This document shows, one piece after another, positions 28,806-32,000 of a stretch of DNA of 32,000 nt. This stretch comes from Pasteurella multocida (lineage in GTDB: Bacteria > Pseudomonadota > Gammaproteobacteria > Enterobacterales > Pasteurellaceae): assembly GCF_900187275.1 (NCBI RefSeq), contig NZ_LT906458.1, forward strand, positions 1,530,001 through 1,562,000. Direction: 5' to 3'. The translations under genes were made by a program, and so were the position numbers. The notes below the pieces were generated by a model. The model had not been told where the DNA came from, ran no database searches, and saw only the letters and a list, made by a program, of their open reading frames with translations. Numbering within the stretch: the first letter of the stretch is position 1; every line of letters begins with the position of its first letter.

Positions 28806-30173
28806 ATGTCCGATATTGTTTGGGATTTGGCGCTTATTCAAAAATATAACCAGTCTGGTCCACGTTATACGTCCTATCCAACGGCGTTGGAATTTAATGA
28901 AAATTATACCAACCAAGATTTTATTCAGGCGACAAAACGCTATCCAAATCGTCCCCTTTCACTTTATGTCCATATCCCATTTTGCCATAAGCTGTGCTAT
29001 TTCTGTGCCTGTAATAAAACCATTACTCGTCACCAACACAAAGCGGATATTTATCTCGACTTTTTAGAACGTGAAATAGAAAACCGTGCATCGCTATTTA
29101 AAAATCGTATCGCAACCCAAGTACATTGGGGCGGGGGGACGCCAACTTATTTAACAGAGCAACAGTCCGCACGTTTAATGGCGATGCTACGCAAACATTT
29201 TACCATTGCCCCTGATGCGGAAATCAGCATTGAAATGGATCCGCGTGAAATTGAACTCAATATGCTCGATCATTTACGTCGCATTGGTTTTAATCGCATG
29301 AGTATGGGTGTGCAAGATTTCAATAAAGACGTGCAAAAAGCCATTAACCGTGTACAAGATGAAGACTTTATTGAAGCGCTATTAAAACGTGCGCGTGAGT
29401 TGGGTTTCCAATCCACTAACCTCGATTTAATTTATGGTCTGCCACTTCAAAACGTCGATAGTTTTATGTTCACTTTGCAAAAAGTCATTGCATTAAACCC
29501 CGATCGTTTAAGTGTGTTCAATTACGCCCACTTACCAAGCCGTTTCGCTGGGCAAGCGAAGATTAAAAATGAACAATTGCCGGCACCAGAAACCAAATTA
29601 ACCATTTTGCAAAAAATGATAGAAACCTTAGGTGATGCAGGTTACAAATTTATTGGCATGGATCATTTCGCCAAACCAGATGATGAACTGGCGATCGCCC
29701 AAAAACAAGGTGTATTGCACCGCAATTTCCAAGGCTACACTACACAAGAAGAATGTGATTTACTCGGCTTAGGTGTCTCGGCGATCAGCTTGTTAGGCGA
29801 CACTTACGCACAAAATCAAAAAGAATTAAAACATTATTATACGGCGATTGATAACACCGGTATTGCACTGCACAAAGGTTTTGCCATGAGCGAAGAGGAT
29901 TGCTTACGCCGTGATGTGATCAAACAATTAATCTGTAACTTCAAATTAGATTATCAACCGATTGAACAGCAATACGGCATTCAATTTACTTCGCACTTTG
30001 CCGAAGATTTAAAACTGCTTGCGCCATTATCTGAAGACGGTCTATTAACGATTGGAGAGAAAGATATTCAGGTATCGGCGAAGGGGCGTTTATTGATTCG
30101 CAATATTTGCCTTTGTTTTGATACTTATTCCAGAGAACAGGCGAAACGCCAACAGTTCTCCCGAATTATTTAA
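28806..30173 (+). CDS. hemN: oxygen-independent coproporphyrinogen III oxidase (radical SAM)
   Basis: MSDIVWDLALIQKYNQSGPRYTSYPTA and the radical-SAM motif CHKLCYFCAC are present. Full-length colinearity with HemN. Start set at ATG 28806. Confidence 0.93.
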   Translation: MSDIVWDLALIQKYNQSGPRYTSYPTALEFNENYTNQDFIQATKRYPNRPLSLYVHIPFCHKLCYFCACNKTITRHQHKADIYLDFLEREIENRASLFKNRIATQVHWGGGTPTYLTEQQSARLMAMLRKHFTIAPDAEISIEMDPREIELNMLDHLRRIGFNRMSMGVQDFNKDVQKAINRVQDEDFIEALLKRARELGFQSTNLDLIYGLPLQNVDSFMFTLQKVIALNPDRLSVFNYAHLPSRFAGQAKIKNEQLPAPETKLTILQKMIETLGDAGYKFIGMDHFAKPDDELAIAQKQGVLHRNFQGYTTQEECDLLGLGVSAISLLGDTYAQNQKELKHYYTAIDNTGIALHKGFAMSEEDCLRRDVIKQLICNFKLDYQPIEQQYGIQFTSHFAEDLKLLAPLSEDGLLTIGEKDIQVSAKGRLLIRNICLCFDTYSREQAKRQQFSRII

Positions 30174-30192
30174 ACAAACTTTTTGAAAAACC

Positions 30193-30201
30193 ACCGCACT
30201 T
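30193..30201 (-). repeat. Hin-type uptake signal sequence core
   Basis: Exact ACCGCACTT in the hemN-nitroreductase spacer. Confidence 0.8.
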
Positions 30202-30213
30202 TGGGAGAAAACC

Positions 30214-30882
30214 ATGTCCATTTCAAAAACAGATATCCTAAATGCCTTTCATTTTCGTCACGCTTGCAAAGCCTATGATCCAAGTAAGAAAATCAGTGAA
30301 GAGGATTTCCGTTTTATTTTAGAAACAGGTCGCCTTTCGCCGAGCTCATTTGGTTTCGAACCTTGGAAGTTCTTAGTGATTGAAAACCCCGACATCAAAG
30401 CATTAATTCGTGATACGGCTTGGGGTGCGAAAGATAAAGTGATGGATTGCAGCCATTTTGTGGTGGTGTTAGTGCGCCAACCAGAGACCTTACTTGCTGA
30501 TGGTGAATATGTGCAACATATGATGCGAGATATCCATCATATCCCTGAAGAAATGCGCAAAATCCGTCAAAATTTCTATCGTACGTTTAGCGAACAGGAT
30601 TTTGCCTTAACTGAGAATCCAAAAGCCTTTTACGATTGGGCATGTCGCCAAAGCTATATTGCCCTGGCAAATATGCTGACCAGTGCAGCGATGATCGGCA
30701 TCGACTCAACCCCAATTGAAGGTTTCCCATTGGAAAAAATGGATCATATTTTTGTGGAACAAGGGCTTTATGATCCGAAAACCTATAAACTGAGTGTGAT
30801 GATCGCCTTTGGTTACCGTTTAAACGAGCCAAAAGCCAAAACACGCCAAGCCTTTGATGACGTGGTGGAGTGGGTAAGATAA
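30214..30882 (+). CDS. NAD(P)H nitroreductase family protein
   Basis: 222-aa ORF with a nitroreductase-fold N-terminus (FRHACKAYDPSKKISEEDF..LSPSSFGFEPWKF). Confidence 0.8.
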   Translation: MSISKTDILNAFHFRHACKAYDPSKKISEEDFRFILETGRLSPSSFGFEPWKFLVIENPDIKALIRDTAWGAKDKVMDCSHFVVVLVRQPETLLADGEYVQHMMRDIHHIPEEMRKIRQNFYRTFSEQDFALTENPKAFYDWACRQSYIALANMLTSAAMIGIDSTPIEGFPLEKMDHIFVEQGLYDPKTYKLSVMIAFGYRLNEPKAKTRQAFDDVVEWVR

Positions 30883-30910
30883 CTCCACCAATTTTGTCAT
30901 CGGAAGACAT

Positions 30911-30960
30911 AAAAATGGCGAATCCGCTTGACTTGAGAGAAGCCTGATTCGCCCATTTTT
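30911..30960. terminator. bidirectional terminator between nitroreductase and the HTH gene
   Basis: AAAAA-ATGGCGAATC ... GATTCGCCCAT-TTTT. 10 bp stem with one bulge and a 21-nt loop, with an A-run and T-run flanking. Confidence 0.55.
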
Positions 30961-30977
30961 ATGTGAGCTTGGTCACA

Positions 30978-31313
30978 TTAAGCTGTCGAAAAAAGTTCCT
31001 TTAATAATGCCTTAGAAACAGGTACCAAGCCGAGTTCCAGACCAAAGGGTTTAAACACTTTATTAATCGTTTCTACACTATAATTACCCTTATCATTCTC
31101 AATATTCGATAGGGTCTGGCGTGATACCTTTACTAACTGAATATAGTGTTGTTGATTAATACCGAACATTTCAATACGCAATTTACGCAATGCTTCACCT
31201 TGGCTCAATTCCCCCATTAGCATCGCTTGAATGATTTCATTACGTACTTTCTTACGATCAATTTCCGCAACACTTGCCCCTTTGGTAGAGGCATTTCTTC
31301 GAGTGATTTGCAT
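30978..31313 (-). CDS. HipB-like XRE-family HTH protein (putative antitoxin/regulator) encoded downstream of the kinase
   Basis: 111-aa ORF with an XRE HTH (LSQGEALRKLRIEMFGINQQHYIQLVKVSRQTLSNIENDKGNYSVETINKVFKPFGLELGLV) resembling HipB. Its ATG (31311-31313) lies 1 nt after the kinase stop (TAG g ATG). Confidence 0.75.
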   Translation of the reverse strand: MQITRRNASTKGASVAEIDRKKVRNEIIQAMLMGELSQGEALRKLRIEMFGINQQHYIQLVKVSRQTLSNIENDKGNYSVETINKVFKPFGLELGLVPVSKALLKELFSTA

Positions 31314-31314
31314 C

Positions 31315-32000
31315 CTAAATAAGCCCCCATTTTTTTAATTTTTCAGGTAAATAATCAAAACCAATCGCAGGGAAATCTAAAATAGATTGAGGTAGATTAC
31401 GTTGTACTAATCGGGATTTTAAATCCACTAAACTGCCAGCTAACCGGCGTAACTCTTGCATTAATAACGTTGGTTCAACTAAATCAGCTAATACTTCTGC
31501 GATGCGCTCAAAGTGATACTCGCCAGCAAATTCCTGTGGATACTCCCCTTTAGTTTGCCAAGTAGTCGTACGAATAATGCCTTCTGGATCAGCACGCATC
31601 GGCGCAAAATCATAAATTGGGGCGAGCCAAATACGTTGTTCATCACGTAAAAACGCCATATTACGACCATGATTGTCGCTATTGCCAAAGGCAATATTTA
31701 ACAAATCTCGCTTTACCCATTCAATCACGAAGTCTGTTTGTGCAAACTGCAAACGAGCCGTCGAGATTCTCTCAATTAACTGGCGAAGTGTCGTTTCATG
31801 ATCAAGTACACCACCTTGTTTCTGTAATAGCGAATACACTGATTCAAAAGCAAGACGATGTGTTTTTCCTTCTCGTTGCACAATATCAAAACGAGGCAAC
31901 CATAGGGAAGGATAACGTTTTCCTTCTTCTAACCTCATTCTAGTCGTATCTATTGTGTCAAAACCCAGTTGAGCAAGTTCCTGATAATAATGATATTCTG
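31315..32000 (-). CDS. HipA-family serine/threonine kinase (toxin-like), C-terminal part; 5' end beyond window
   Basis: HipA_C catalytic region (LLNIAFGNSDNHGRNMAFL...LAPIYDFAPM) and LPRFD motif. The track ORF starts at Met 31938, but the frame stays open to position 32000 (..EYHYYQELAQLGFDTIDTTR-MRLEEG..). The gene is therefore truncated by the window. Confidence 0.8.
   Translation of the reverse strand, partial: EYHYYQELAQLGFDTIDTTRMRLEEGKRYPSLWLPRFDIVQREGKTHRLAFESVYSLLQKQGGVLDHETTLRQLIERISTARLQFAQTDFVIEWVKRDLLNIAFGNSDNHGRNMAFLRDEQRIWLAPIYDFAPMRADPEGIIRTTTWQTKGEYPQEFAGEYHFERIAEVLADLVEPTLLMQELRRLAGSLVDLKSRLVQRNLPQSILDFPAIGFDYLPEKLKKWGLI

Noticed and set aside
28783-29067. 94-aa ORF overlapping the hemN 5' end in another frame, and 30587..30910 antisense to the nitroreductase
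   Set aside because: Both are shadow ORFs of strongly supported genes.

Overview
This window is a chromosomal segment from a Pasteurellaceae-type gammaproteobacterium. It carries 13 perfect Hin-type uptake-signal cores (AAGTGCGGT), and the proteins are colinear with E. coli/Haemophilus orthologues. Content is mostly housekeeping. In order: pgk (partial), an RNase T2-family ribonuclease, yfhL ferredoxin, a frameshifted yfiF-like SpoU methyltransferase and pssA. Next comes an lctP-lutABC L-lactate operon with a perfect CRP box, then purB-hflD. A sucrose regulon follows (scrK-scrB-scrR plus scrA), with three identical 18-bp palindromic operators and CRP-like boxes. After it come a PCuAC copper chaperone, waaF-waaC, srmB, trmN6/yfiC, pnuC, rapA-rluA, yihI-DUF2489-hemN and a nitroreductase. 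Two accessory elements stand out. The first is a type I-F CRISPR array (18 repeats, 17 spacers of 32 bp, minus-strand orientation) with no cas gene anywhere in the window. It sits between waaC and srmB, directly downstream of and co-oriented with srmB. The second is at the right edge: a HipA-family kinase gene (runs off the window) followed, rather than preceded, by a translationally coupled HipB-like HTH gene. I see no convincing evidence for a wholly new multi-gene system. The cas-less array, the reverse-order kinase/HTH pair and the yfiF frameshift are the items most worth follow-up. All homology statements rest on motif recognition and recalled orthologue sequences, not on database searches.
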